Positions 21,801 through 29,226 of a stretch of DNA of 64,000 nucleotides are shown one piece after another. The translations under genes and the position numbers were made by a program. The notes under the pieces are model-generated. The model saw only the letters and a program-made list of their open reading frames with translations. It had not been told where the DNA came from and searched no databases. The first letter of the stretch is position 1, and each line of letters begins with the position of its first letter. Source of the DNA: an uncultured Eubacteriales bacterium (GTDB taxonomy: Bacteria > Bacillota > Clostridia > TANB77 > CAG-508); the NCBI GenBank assembly GCA_949288185.1, contig CASEIZ010000050.1, positions 35,020-99,019 on the forward strand, written 5' to 3'.

Positions 21801-24334
21801 AAGAATATTGGATACGTGCCAATAAAGAAAATCGATTGCCAACAGTATGGTCACATATGATGGCCAATGAAAAATTTGGAACCATTGTCACAGAAAATAT
21901 GGGAGGATATAGTTGGTATAAAAATAGTCGATTAAATCGATTAACTAGTTGGAATAATAATCCAAGTTTTGATATTCCGTCAGAGGTTATCTATATAAAA
22001 GATATGGATACAAAGAAAAGCTGGTCTTTAGGATTAAACCCAATGCCAGATAATCGAAATTATAATGTTATCTATGGTTTTGGCTATTGCAAATATATCC
22101 ACAGCAATTTAGGAATTGTGCAAGAATTAGAAATGTTTGTTCCAAGAGAAGATAGTTGTAAAATTGGTATTTTAAATTTAAGTAATAAAACACCAAATCG
22201 AAAACATCTAAAATTATATTATTATATCAAACCAGTAATTGGAGAGGATGAATTCAAAACATCTGGTAATATTAGCATCAAATTTGATAGAAATAGTAAT
22301 ACGTTAACAGCATGTAATGTATATGCTAGTGAAATAGACAATACCAAATTATATGTGTCATCTAGTGAAAAAATAAAAAGCTATACAGGAGATAAAAAAT
22401 TTTTCTTAGGAAAAAATGGATTATCTAATCCAGATGGTATCAAGAAACTTAGATTAAATAATAGTAATGCAATTGGTAGAGATGCTTGTATCGTATTGGA
22501 AGTTGAAGTAGAAATTGAAAGTTTTTCAAATAAAGAAATTTCTTTTGTACTAGGGGCAGAAGAAACCAATATTGATTGTAAAAATATGTCATATAAATAT
22601 AGTAAATTACAGAATTGCAGGCAAGAGTTAGAACGTGTAAAAAATTATTGGAAAGACTTATTAGGAAAACTGCAAGTATATACCCCATTAGAATCAACCA
22701 ATATTTTATTAAATGGTTGGTGTATTTATCAAACATTAGAAAGTAGACTTTTAGGAAGAAGTGGATATTATCAATCAGGAGGTGCTTTTGGTTTTAGAGA
22801 CCAATTACAAGATACCATTGCTTTAAAATATACTTCACCAGAATTTTTGAAACAGCAAATTATCAAACATAGTAAACATCAATTTGAAGAAGGAGATGTA
22901 GAACATTGGTGGCATGAAGAAACGGGTAGAGGAATTCGAACAAGATTTTCAGATGATTTATTATGGTTACCATATCTTGTACTACAATATATCCATTTTA
23001 CAGGAAATACTAGTATTTTAGAAATGGAAACACCATATTTAAAAGGAGCAATCTTAGAAGAAGGTGTAGATGAAAGATATGACCAATATCCACAAAGTGA
23101 AAAACAAGAAAGTATTTATTTACATTGTATTAGAGCAATAGAAAAGAGTTTCAATTTTGGAGAAAATGGATTACCGAAAATTGGTAGTGGAGATTGGAAT
23201 GATGGATTTAGTACAGTAGGAAATAAAGGAAGAGGAGAAAGTGTTTGGCTAGGATTTTTCTTGTATACTATTTTAGATGATTTTATTCCGATATGTGAAA
23301 TGATGGAATCCAAAAAAGAACAATGTTTAGAAGAAAACTTTAGTTTAGAGGAAAATCAGCAAGAATTCAATCTTGTAAATAAACAAATCAATTTGGAGGA
23401 AAAAGAGACAGAAGGAAAAGAGCAAATTAACAGTATACACAAAGAAGAAATAGAAAATGAAAATAAATATGACGAAAAAGATGATGACAAAGAAGAGAAA
23501 AGCCGATTGGCAAAATGGAAAGAAATTAAAATTCAACTAAAAAAAGCATTAAATACAAATGGTTGGGATGGCAGATGGTATAAAAGAGCTTTTATGGATG
23601 ATGGAAATGTATTAGGTAGCATGGAAAATGATGAGTGTAGGATTGATAGTATTGCACAAAGTTGGAGTATTATATCAAAAGCAGGGGATAATGACAAAAA
23701 ATATATCTCGATGGAGAGCTTAGAAAATCATTTAGTGGATAAGGAAAATGGAATTATAAAATTATTAGACCCACCATTTGAAAAAGGACATTTAGAGCCA
23801 GGATATATCAAAGCTTATTTACCAGGTGTTAGAGAAAATGGAGGACAATATACACATAGCAGTTGCTGGGCAATTATTGCAGAAGCTTTGTTAGGATTTG
23901 GCGATAAAGCTTTAGAATTCTATCGAATGATTAATCCAATCGAGCATGCAAGGACAAAAGATGCTAGTAGTAAATATAAGGTAGAACCATATGCCATTGC
24001 AGCAGATATTTATGGAGCTGGCAATTTAGCAGGAAGAGGTGGTTGGACTTGGTATACTGGCTCAAGTAGTTGGTATTATATTGCAGGAATAGAATATATA
24101 TTAGGACTAAAAATAAAAGAAGGATATCTAACGATAGATCCATGTATTCCAAAAGATTGGAAGGAATATCTAATGAGATATAAATGGAAAGATAGTATTT
24201 ATAATATAAAAGTTATCAATACGAATCAAAAAAATACAGGAGTAGAAAAGGTATTATTGAATGGAGAAGAGGTTGAGAATAAGATTAAATTAGATGGAAG
24301 TAATAAAGTGTATAACATAGAAGTTTATATGTAA
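15818..24334 (+). CDS. cyclic beta-1,2-glucan synthase-like protein (GT84 glycosyltransferase + GH94 phosphorylase-like C-terminus)
   Basis: 2838 aa with several TM clusters. GT core motifs are VITLDADTEL and GMIQPRIG. GH94-type motifs are GSGDWNDGFS and GGWTWYTGSSSWYY. Size and architecture match Cgs/NdvB. Confidence 0.8.
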   Translation: MKTNKILKIDGTILDKKQLENHLQKIASNHNLINKPSKETYPIPQLMENYETIKIVYNLLNEHVKLGMTTHPAGEWLLDNFYIIEETVKQIQKELTLKKYMNFLGIANGKYKGFARIYVLAAEIVAYTDNKIQKEDLEDYLASYQEKKTLSMEEIWNIGLFLQIAIIENIREICEKIYSSQIQKMKAENIVQKLIETPQENKENHIYHLKNIKKDMLNDVKYPFIEYMSYILKRYGKKGYRYLKILDEIVEMTGTTVQEVIKKEHFDIAVKKVSIGNSITSIKTIQRINFLEIFEKINGVEEILKQDPADVYSKMDNETKESYRNIIKEISKKTKISEIYIAKKILQLAKENENIGKKAHIGYYIIDKGIEKIYQELQCKVPKHLHEKTKQKVYIATNIILSIIVSLVFSSILNVYIQNVGVYILSFLILLIPSSEIVTQIIQYMLSKIVKPKPIPKIDFSKGIDEENACMVVIPSILKNKEKVKELMHKLEVYYIANESKNLYFTLLGDCSESSIKEEKFDNEVIGTGTRLAENLNKKYATENDFPIFHFIYRKREWNEKENCYLGWERKRGMLTQFNEYLLENEENVFRANTIEAYKDCIPKIQYVITLDADTELILNSAFELVGAMAHILNKPVIDEERNIVIEGHGMIQPRIGINLDISYKTIFTQIFAGAGGIDSYTNAISDLYQDNFGEGIFTGKGIYDVKVFSRVLKNAIPENTVLSHDLLEGCYLRCGLATDIMLMDGYPTKYNSFMNRLSRWIRGDWQIISWLKDKIKSKVGNIQNPLNSLSKYKIFDNLRRSLIEIMVIISLILFVILGKVYHFETYPLIIISIIAVVMPYILEIFNTMLVKKEGEHKQKKFSPRISGYKGICLRIWITIGVLPYKAYVSCIAIIKTLYRKWVSHKKLLEWMTSEEAEKQAKNDVISYIKQMWFNIALGILTMGISFTNKGFGNFVIQMILGILWTVTPFIMWYISKEKKEIKAVETLDKAEIEYVLEIGKRTWKFFKQYINQENHYLVPDNYQEDRKQKIVTRTSSTNIGLSILAIVSSYDLQYEDLPDTIDLLYKVLTSVDSLQKWNGHLYNWYDTKTKEPLKPRYISTVDSGNFVGYLYVTKAFLEEIQEMLQNHDNWHFEQSIGHEKNREEYETASKGNTVSKENTISNEQRNEPIETKRKIDIENEEEMIRLQNQIKEMLEIIERIIEQTDFTYLYSQEHQIFSIGYNIEENKLTDSYYDLLATEARQASLVAIAKKDIPSKHWNHLSRTLTILGKYKGLISWSGTAFEYLMPNINIPKYKGSLLDESCKFMMMSQMKYAEEMHLPFGVSEAAFNLKDLQSNYQYKAFGIPWLGLKRGLADEMVVSSYGSILAITDIPKEVVKNLKVLEQYGMYNQYGFYESIDFTPERVRKGKQAEVVKTYMAHHQGLILLSINNLINQLILQKRFTKNPEIQAVTILLQETMPEKAIITKEDKEKVEKLKYKDYEDYIVRTYTKIDERLISGNVISNENYMIAMNQKGEGVSKYKNIYINHFKRTDDYTQGMIFYIKSIKNKQIMSSSYSQNIKNENQYQIRFMPDKNEQEIVSGNIKTTIKTTVASNEPVELRRILLENLGNEEEIVELTGYFEPILTPKEQYYAHPAFNNLFLVYGYDEKNEALLVKRKKREIGEKEVYLATTLHASREDKIGDLEYEIEEEKFNGRGNLKIPKMVKDSLPFSKKIGLVTEPVIAMKRTIKIKKQEKVIIDFILSVEEEKEQVIQNLEKYTSFENVKNEFELSKARVEAETRYLNMKGKDIEMYQKMLSYIVFDNSMKSVEKEKIHQTQTYKQSDLWKYGISGDLPIVLVKMKNANDVQGLKEVLKAYEYFRTKNVETEIVIMDEEKYSYENYVREEIDSTILNQHMGYLKNIKGGIFILNEEEMDKKDNTFLEFISVITIDCAKGNLENNLKEIEETYLENYKEISEEENVNQFVEENTEDVDILKDTKALKYYNEYGAFSEDGKEYWIRANKENRLPTVWSHMMANEKFGTIVTENMGGYSWYKNSRLNRLTSWNNNPSFDIPSEVIYIKDMDTKKSWSLGLNPMPDNRNYNVIYGFGYCKYIHSNLGIVQELEMFVPREDSCKIGILNLSNKTPNRKHLKLYYYIKPVIGEDEFKTSGNISIKFDRNSNTLTACNVYASEIDNTKLYVSSSEKIKSYTGDKKFFLGKNGLSNPDGIKKLRLNNSNAIGRDACIVLEVEVEIESFSNKEISFVLGAEETNIDCKNMSYKYSKLQNCRQELERVKNYWKDLLGKLQVYTPLESTNILLNGWCIYQTLESRLLGRSGYYQSGGAFGFRDQLQDTIALKYTSPEFLKQQIIKHSKHQFEEGDVEHWWHEETGRGIRTRFSDDLLWLPYLVLQYIHFTGNTSILEMETPYLKGAILEEGVDERYDQYPQSEKQESIYLHCIRAIEKSFNFGENGLPKIGSGDWNDGFSTVGNKGRGESVWLGFFLYTILDDFIPICEMMESKKEQCLEENFSLEENQQEFNLVNKQINLEEKETEGKEQINSIHKEEIENENKYDEKDDDKEEKSRLAKWKEIKIQLKKALNTNGWDGRWYKRAFMDDGNVLGSMENDECRIDSIAQSWSIISKAGDNDKKYISMESLENHLVDKENGIIKLLDPPFEKGHLEPGYIKAYLPGVRENGGQYTHSSCWAIIAEALLGFGDKALEFYRMINPIEHARTKDASSKYKVEPYAIAADIYGAGNLAGRGGWTWYTGSSSWYYIAGIEYILGLKIKEGYLTIDPCIPKDWKEYLMRYKWKDSIYNIKVINTNQKNTGVEKVLLNGEEVENKIKLDGSNKVYNIEVYM

Positions 24335-24445
24335 AATGTAACAGAATTTTAAAATAAAAAATGAATAAATAAGTATTCAAAAGTCACAAAAAAATAGTTC
24401 TCTCATATATATAATAATAAAAGCTATAAAGGGAGGATTATTTTT

Positions 24446-25126
24446 ATGGCAAAAATATTAGTGTTTAACAATGATACAGATAGAATGGAAACCTATTACA
24501 GGAATGAAGCTGACCCAATGCCATATAATACAAATGGAACATTAAGAGTAAGGGAATTTAGAGGTTCAAGCAAAAGTAATATACTATGGACAACAAAAAG
24601 AACTATGCAAAGCTGGAATAGTCAGAGATATATTTTTGGAGGACCAATACCGGTAGGATTTGCTTTTAAAAGACCATATGAAGGTGGACATGGAAATCAA
24701 AGTCAACATTATGCAGGAGTAGCCTTTGATGTTGGGCAAACTTTGTCAGCAGAGAGAAGAAGAGTTCTTTGGAATAGTGCCAATAATTCAGGGGTATGGA
24801 CATATGTAGAGCCAATTTCATTAACACCAACATGGGTACATTTTGATAAAAGATTCGGATCTCCTGCCTGCAGTACAGGTGGATTTCCACAACTAAAGAG
24901 GGGAAGTTTAAGCAATTATGTACTGATTGCACAAGATGATTTAAATACTTTGGGATATCGTACAAACGGATTAGATGGTATATTTGGACCAGCAACACAA
25001 AATGCGGTAAGAGAATATCAACGAACAAGAGGATTGGCTGTTGATGGAATTGTTGGTTGTAATACATGGCGTTCACTTCAAGAAGAAGTGGTAGGAGCAG
25101 GAGCAACAAGTACAACGATTAATTAA
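24446..25126 (+). CDS. cell-wall hydrolase: M15 (VanY-like) zinc peptidase domain + C-terminal PG_binding_1 domain
   Basis: SQHYAGVAFDV fits SxHxxGxAxD, and TWVHFD provides the second zinc ligand region. The C-terminus GLDGIFGPATQNAVREYQRTRGLAVDGIVG is a PG-binding repeat. No signal peptide was seen. Confidence 0.7.
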   Translation: MAKILVFNNDTDRMETYYRNEADPMPYNTNGTLRVREFRGSSKSNILWTTKRTMQSWNSQRYIFGGPIPVGFAFKRPYEGGHGNQSQHYAGVAFDVGQTLSAERRRVLWNSANNSGVWTYVEPISLTPTWVHFDKRFGSPACSTGGFPQLKRGSLSNYVLIAQDDLNTLGYRTNGLDGIFGPATQNAVREYQRTRGLAVDGIVGCNTWRSLQEEVVGAGATSTTIN

Positions 25127-25131
25127 TCATA

Positions 25132-25164
25132 AAAAGACTATTTCTAACAAAGAAATAGTCTTTT
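25132..25164 (+). terminator. terminator after the M15 hydrolase
   Basis: AAAAGACTATTTCT pairs with AGAAATAGTCTTTT. Confidence 0.7.
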
Positions 25165-25261
25165 ATCATATATGGAGAATTTTGTGATAATAGTCGTAAA
25201 TCAATTGACAAAAGAACAAAAGTTTGATAGTATGTAGCAAATAAATAGAGGTGAATTAAAA

Positions 25262-26074
25262 ATGAGCAAAAAAGATTTATATATAAGAAGTAGTAGTGCA
25301 GAATTTTTAATTTTTGAACAACAGAAAAAAGAGCAAGGAATTGAAGTGCGATTTGAAGATGGAGATTTATGGTTAACTCAAAAGGCGTTAGGAGAATTGT
25401 ATAATACATCAAAACAAGATATAAGTTATCATTTGAGTAATATCTTTAAGGAAATAGAATTGGAACAAAATTCAGTTGTCAAAAATTATTTGACAACTGC
25501 TTCAGATGGAAAAAAATATAAAACAAATTACTATAATTTAGATGCAGTAATTTCTGTTGGATATAGAGTAAATACAGATAGAGCAATTCAATTTAGAAGA
25601 TGGGCAACAAACGTATTAAAAGAGTTTTCAAAAAAAGGATATATTATTGATAAAAATCATGAGATAAAAGAAAATGGAGCTAGAGGATTAGAAGAATTAT
25701 TTAACGAACTAGAAACTGATGAAAGAACAAATGGTGCAACTGCTCCAAATTTTGCACATAGATTAGATAGAATTACAGATAGAAATTTACATTTTGCAAG
25801 ACGAAACCATTCTTTAACAGATTATTATATAAGTATGCAAAATATAATTCCATCTAGAGACAAAGCGATGTTATTATTAATGGGAATAGAGGCATATTAT
25901 AATTGTGTAGGACAACAAAATAAAGAATTTGCTAGTAAACTAGAAGAGAAAATCAGTCAAATTCTTGACGATTATGAAATAAAAAAGATTTCTTCAAGAA
26001 ATGATGTTGCACACCAATCTATAACAAGTGAAAGTACGGAACTTAATATTAGTGATGATACCGATTCGAGATAA
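25262..26074 (+). CDS. RhuM-family protein (N-terminal RhuM core, divergent C-terminus)
   Basis: The motif series FEDGDLWLTQKALGELY, YYNLDAVISVGYRVNTDRAIQFRRWATNVLKEF is typical of RhuM. Confidence 0.7.
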   Translation: MSKKDLYIRSSSAEFLIFEQQKKEQGIEVRFEDGDLWLTQKALGELYNTSKQDISYHLSNIFKEIELEQNSVVKNYLTTASDGKKYKTNYYNLDAVISVGYRVNTDRAIQFRRWATNVLKEFSKKGYIIDKNHEIKENGARGLEELFNELETDERTNGATAPNFAHRLDRITDRNLHFARRNHSLTDYYISMQNIIPSRDKAMLLLMGIEAYYNCVGQQNKEFASKLEEKISQILDDYEIKKISSRNDVAHQSITSESTELNISDDTDSR

Positions 26075-26117
26075 CCTTTTATTACATAGTACAACAATTA
26101 ATTAATAATAAAAATAT

Positions 26118-26158
26118 GAAAAGAAAGTGTTCACCATTAAAGTGAACACTTTCTTTTC
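26118..26158. terminator. bidirectional terminator between convergent RhuM and XRE genes
   Basis: GAAAAGAAAGTGTTCAC pairs with GTGAACACTTTCTTTTC, a 17-bp perfect stem. Confidence 0.8.
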
Positions 26159-26161
26159 ATG

Positions 26162-26542
26162 TTATGCATCCTTATAATTACCACTTTTTTCTTCTTGCAT
26201 TTTCACAAGTTGAGTTGTTAATAAATAAACAACTTCTTTATTATAATTATTCAATTTTAAATAAGCTTCTAAAAACTTATCATCGACTAAATCATTGAAA
26301 GAGGAAGCATCATTATCTATTAAATCATCAAAAAGAAAATTAGAACTAATATTAAGTGCTTTACAAAGATTAATAATAGTTGTAGCACTTCCAAAAGCAA
26401 TACCTCTTTCTAACTGGCTAATATATCTTGTTGACAAAGAAAGTTTTTCTGCTAATTTTTCTTGTGTATAGTTTGTTCTAGATCTAGCTAGTTTGATTTT
26501 TTTACCAATATTTTTTCTTAAATATTTTTCATTATTATCCAT
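26162..26542 (-). CDS. XRE-family helix-turn-helix transcriptional regulator
   Basis: HTH region YTQEKLAEKLSLSTRYISQLERG; 126 aa. Confidence 0.8.
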   Translation of the reverse strand: MDNNEKYLRKNIGKKIKLARSRTNYTQEKLAEKLSLSTRYISQLERGIAFGSATTIINLCKALNISSNFLFDDLIDNDASSFNDLVDDKFLEAYLKLNNYNKEVVYLLTTQLVKMQEEKSGNYKDA

Positions 26543-26707
26543 AAGCTTTCCTCCATACTAATTTATACAAAAGTATATCAATTAGGAAAATAAAATAGAA
26601 CGAACTCATAATTAGAGAAAGACAACAACTAAGAACTATCTATTCATTAAAAATTTAAAAAAATAAATAAAAAAATGAAAAAAATATAAAAAAATTTGAA
26701 AAAACTA

Positions 26708-26736
26708 TTGCAAAATCAAAAAAGTTATATTAGAAT
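26708..26736 (+). promoter_or_regulatory. putative P_mra promoter
   Basis: TTGCAA (26708-26713), a 17-nt spacer, then TAGAAT (26731-26736). Phased A-tracts lie upstream (26649-26723). Confidence 0.5.
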
Positions 26737-26742
26737 TTAGGT

Positions 26743-26769
26743 GAAGTGGAGAGAAGTGGTACAAAGTGG
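26743..26769 (+). promoter_or_regulatory. MraZ operator: three direct heptamer boxes at 10-bp spacing
   Basis: GAAGTGG at 26743, GAAGTGG at 26753 and AAAGTGG at 26763. They lie just downstream of the -10 element and 29 nt upstream of the mraZ start. Confidence 0.7.
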
Positions 26770-26797
26770 TGGAAAAAGGAAATGAGGTGGAAGACCA

Positions 26798-27223
26798 TTG
26801 CTAATTGGTGAATATGAGCATTCTCTAGACGCTAAAGGCAGATTGATTATGCCAGTAAAATTAAGACAAGATATGGGAGAAAAGTTCATCGTAACAAAAG
26901 GGTTAGATGGATGTCTATTTGCTTTTTCACAAGAAGAATGGTTAAACTTTGAAACAAAACTAAAAGCATTACCTCTTTCAGATAGAAATGCCAGAAACTT
27001 TGTAAGATTTTTCTTATCAGGAGCAACAGAATGCGAGATAGACAAACAAGGAAGATTTTTAATACCAAATAACTTAAGAAATGCAGCAAATCTAGAAAAA
27101 GAAGTGGTTATTATTGGTGTTGGAACAAGACTAGAAATATGGGATAAAAGCATTTGGGAAAAATGCGATGAAGATATATCAGCAGATGAAATTGCCGAAA
27201 ATATGGCAAATCTAGGTATATAA
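26798..27223 (+). CDS. mraZ: division/cell wall cluster transcriptional regulator MraZ
   Basis: TTG start. [18 protein letters not shown] and [12 protein letters not shown] are the two SpoVT-AbrB (DxxxR-type) repeats. Confidence 0.9.
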   Translation: MLIGEYEHSLDAKGRLIMPVKLRQDMGEKFIVTKGLDGCLFAFSQEEWLNFETKLKALPLSDRNARNFVRFFLSGATECEIDKQGRFLIPNNLRNAANLEKEVVIIGVGTRLEIWDKSIWEKCDEDISADEIAENMANLGI

Positions 27224-27244
27224 CTTGCAAAAGTTTATATAGAT

Positions 27245-27439
27245 ACAAAAGACAAATATACAAAAGAAAAACACAAAATTCACAAAAGATAAAAATTAAA
27301 AAGAAAACAAAAGATAAGTATACAAAAGACAAACACACAAAAGCTTTAAAAAATACAAAAGATAAATTTTTTAAAGTACAAAAGATTCTAGGATACGAAT
27401 CAAAAAATCGTAAGATACAAAAGCAAATATGAACAAAAG
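27245..27439 (+). repeat. array of ten same-strand ACAAAAG heptamers in the mraZ-rsmH spacer
   Basis: Exact ACAAAAG starts at 27245, 27260, 27282, 27307, 27322, 27337, 27355, 27378, 27417 and 27433. Variants start at 27227, 27273 and 27463. The extended consensus is aTACAAAAGA. Confidence 0.85.
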
Positions 27440-27495
27440 AATTCGTGAAAACAATTTGAAACCCAAAAGAAAAAAGACAATATACAACGATAAAG

Positions 27496-27526
27496 ACAAC
27501 TGGTAGTTTTCTAAATTACCAGTTGT
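27496..27526 (+). promoter_or_regulatory. hairpin just upstream of rsmH
   Basis: ACAACTGGTA pairs with TACCAGTTGT around an 11-nt loop. Only TT follows, so it is not a classical terminator. Confidence 0.4.
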
Positions 27527-27557
27527 TTAAGCATAATAAAAAGTAAGAGGTGTAAAA

Positions 27558-28487
27558 TTGAAATTTGAGCATAAACCAGTCATGCTCCAAGAATGTATAG
27601 AAGGATTACAAATAAAATCAAATGGGATTTATATAGATGGCACTATGGGAGGAGCAGGACATAGCATAGAAATTGTAAAAAGATTGTCAAGTGATGGAAG
27701 ATTAATTGGTATTGACAGAGATGAAGAAGCTTTAAAAGCTTCAAAAGAAAGACTAGCAGAATATAAAAATGTAACATATATCCATGATAATCATGACAAT
27801 ATAAAAGAAATATTACAAAAGCTTGGAATCAATCAAGTGGATGGAATTTTATTAGATTTAGGTGTTTCTTCATATCAATTAGATGAAAGAAATAGAGGAT
27901 TTAGCTATTTAGGAGAAAATGAACTAGATATGAGAATGGATAAAAGCCAAGACTTAACAGCCAAAAGAGTTGTCAATTATTATTCTGAAAAAGAGTTAGC
28001 AAATATCATTTATGAATATGGAGAAGAACGATTTTCAAGACAAATTGCTAAAAATATTTGTAATTACAGAAAAGAAAAGACAATTAACACAACAAAGGAA
28101 TTGGTAGATATTATTGAAAAATCCATTCCAAAGTCAAAACAAAATGATGGGCATCCGGCCAAAAGAACATTTCAAGCAATTAGAATAGAAGTGAATAATG
28201 AAATTAAACCATTATATACTACAGTAAAAGATTGCATTGATTGTTTAAAACCACAAGGAAGACTATGTATTATTACATTTCATTCATTAGAAGATAGAGC
28301 AGTCAAAAATGCTTACATAGAAGCAAAAGGAAAATGTACTTGCCCGAGTGATTTACCATATTGTGTATGTGGAGCAAAAACATTAGGAAAAATCATTACC
28401 AAAAAACCAATCATTGCAACAAAAGAAGAGCAAGAAGAAAATTCTAGAAGTAAAAGTGCAAAATTAAGAATTTTCGAGAAGATATAA
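27558..28487 (+). CDS. rsmH: 16S rRNA (cytosine1402-N4)-methyltransferase RsmH
   Basis: TTG start after AAGAGGTG. Motifs [16 protein letters not shown] and [12 protein letters not shown]. Confidence 0.9.
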   Translation: MKFEHKPVMLQECIEGLQIKSNGIYIDGTMGGAGHSIEIVKRLSSDGRLIGIDRDEEALKASKERLAEYKNVTYIHDNHDNIKEILQKLGINQVDGILLDLGVSSYQLDERNRGFSYLGENELDMRMDKSQDLTAKRVVNYYSEKELANIIYEYGEERFSRQIAKNICNYRKEKTINTTKELVDIIEKSIPKSKQNDGHPAKRTFQAIRIEVNNEIKPLYTTVKDCIDCLKPQGRLCIITFHSLEDRAVKNAYIEAKGKCTCPSDLPYCVCGAKTLGKIITKKPIIATKEEQEENSRSKSAKLRIFEKI

Positions 28488-28519
28488 TAAACAAAAGTAA
28501 AGAGGAGGTGAGATAACCT

Positions 28520-29017
28520 ATGGCAACGAGATATCAATATGAGACAAGTCCAAGAAAATTAGAACCAGATATTAAAAAAGAAAAGAAAAAACAAAATATT
28601 AAAGTTGTAAAAGACTTGCCAAAACAAGATGTCAAGCTATCAAAAGAACAAAAGAAAAAACATAGAAAAGCAACTTTGTTAGTTATGGCTATATTTGCTG
28701 TACTATTTACCATAAGTTATCGAAATACTCAAATCAATGAAAAGTTTAGTGAAATACAGAGTTTAAGAACAGAGCTATCTTCGTTACAAAAAGAAAATGA
28801 ACAATTACAAGTAACGATAGAAAATAGTTTAAATTTAAGTAATATAGAAAAACAAGCAAAAGAAAAATTAGGTATGCAAAAATTAACGAATAAACAAACT
28901 GTATATGTTAGTTTACCAAAGAAAGATTATATAGAATCTGCAACAGAAAAAGTAGAGATTAGTGATACGAATGAAAATTGGTTTCAAAAATTGGTAGATA
29001 AGATTTTTAATAGATAA
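28520..29017 (+). CDS. ftsL: cell division protein FtsL-like (bitopic, coiled coil)
   Basis: Position after rsmH, a basic N-terminus, one TM helix (ATLLVMAIFAVLFTISY) and a coiled-coil ectodomain. Confidence 0.7.
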   Translation: MATRYQYETSPRKLEPDIKKEKKKQNIKVVKDLPKQDVKLSKEQKKKHRKATLLVMAIFAVLFTISYRNTQINEKFSEIQSLRTELSSLQKENEQLQVTIENSLNLSNIEKQAKEKLGMQKLTNKQTVYVSLPKKDYIESATEKVEISDTNENWFQKLVDKIFNR

Positions 29018-29226
29018 TTGTGAAAATCAGTTGTCTATTTTTTTACTGTATAGGAAAAATCAACCTTCATCTTGGCCTGATGTAGATTTTTTCGCATACA
29101 ACAAGATTAGACTTCTTATAGAATAGGACATTATATACAATTTTTAAGTTCGCCAGGTTCAAAATAAAAATGGAAAAATGTTGCAATTATCCGAAAGAAA
29201 TGTTAACATAAATAAGGGGGATAAAA

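Noticed and set aside
24666-25115. 149-aa and 68-aa minus-strand ORFs inside the M15 hydrolase gene.
   Set aside because: These are shadow ORFs caused by the locally higher G/C content. They have no SD, and the sense strand has clear motifs.
24446-26542. The islet was considered as an intact prophage or defence island.
   Set aside because: Only three genes are present, with no integrase, structural, holin or known defence genes. It is treated as a possible remnant only.
27245-27439. The repeat array between mraZ and rsmH was considered as a CRISPR array.
   Set aside because: The units are 7 nt with irregular 8-32-nt gaps. There is no 25-40-nt repeat/spacer structure and there are no cas genes.
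29140-29175. AAGTTCGCCAGGTTCAAAA looked superficially like a tRNA T-arm.
   Set aside because: No acceptor stem, D-arm or anticodon arm can be drawn around it. No tRNA or rRNA genes were recognised anywhere in the window.
29182-29209. Possible promoter TTGCAA-17 nt-TAACAT in front of the four-gene module.
   Set aside because: The -10 element is weak, and the implied start site would fall inside the RBS of the 29227 gene. This is too speculative to list as a feature.
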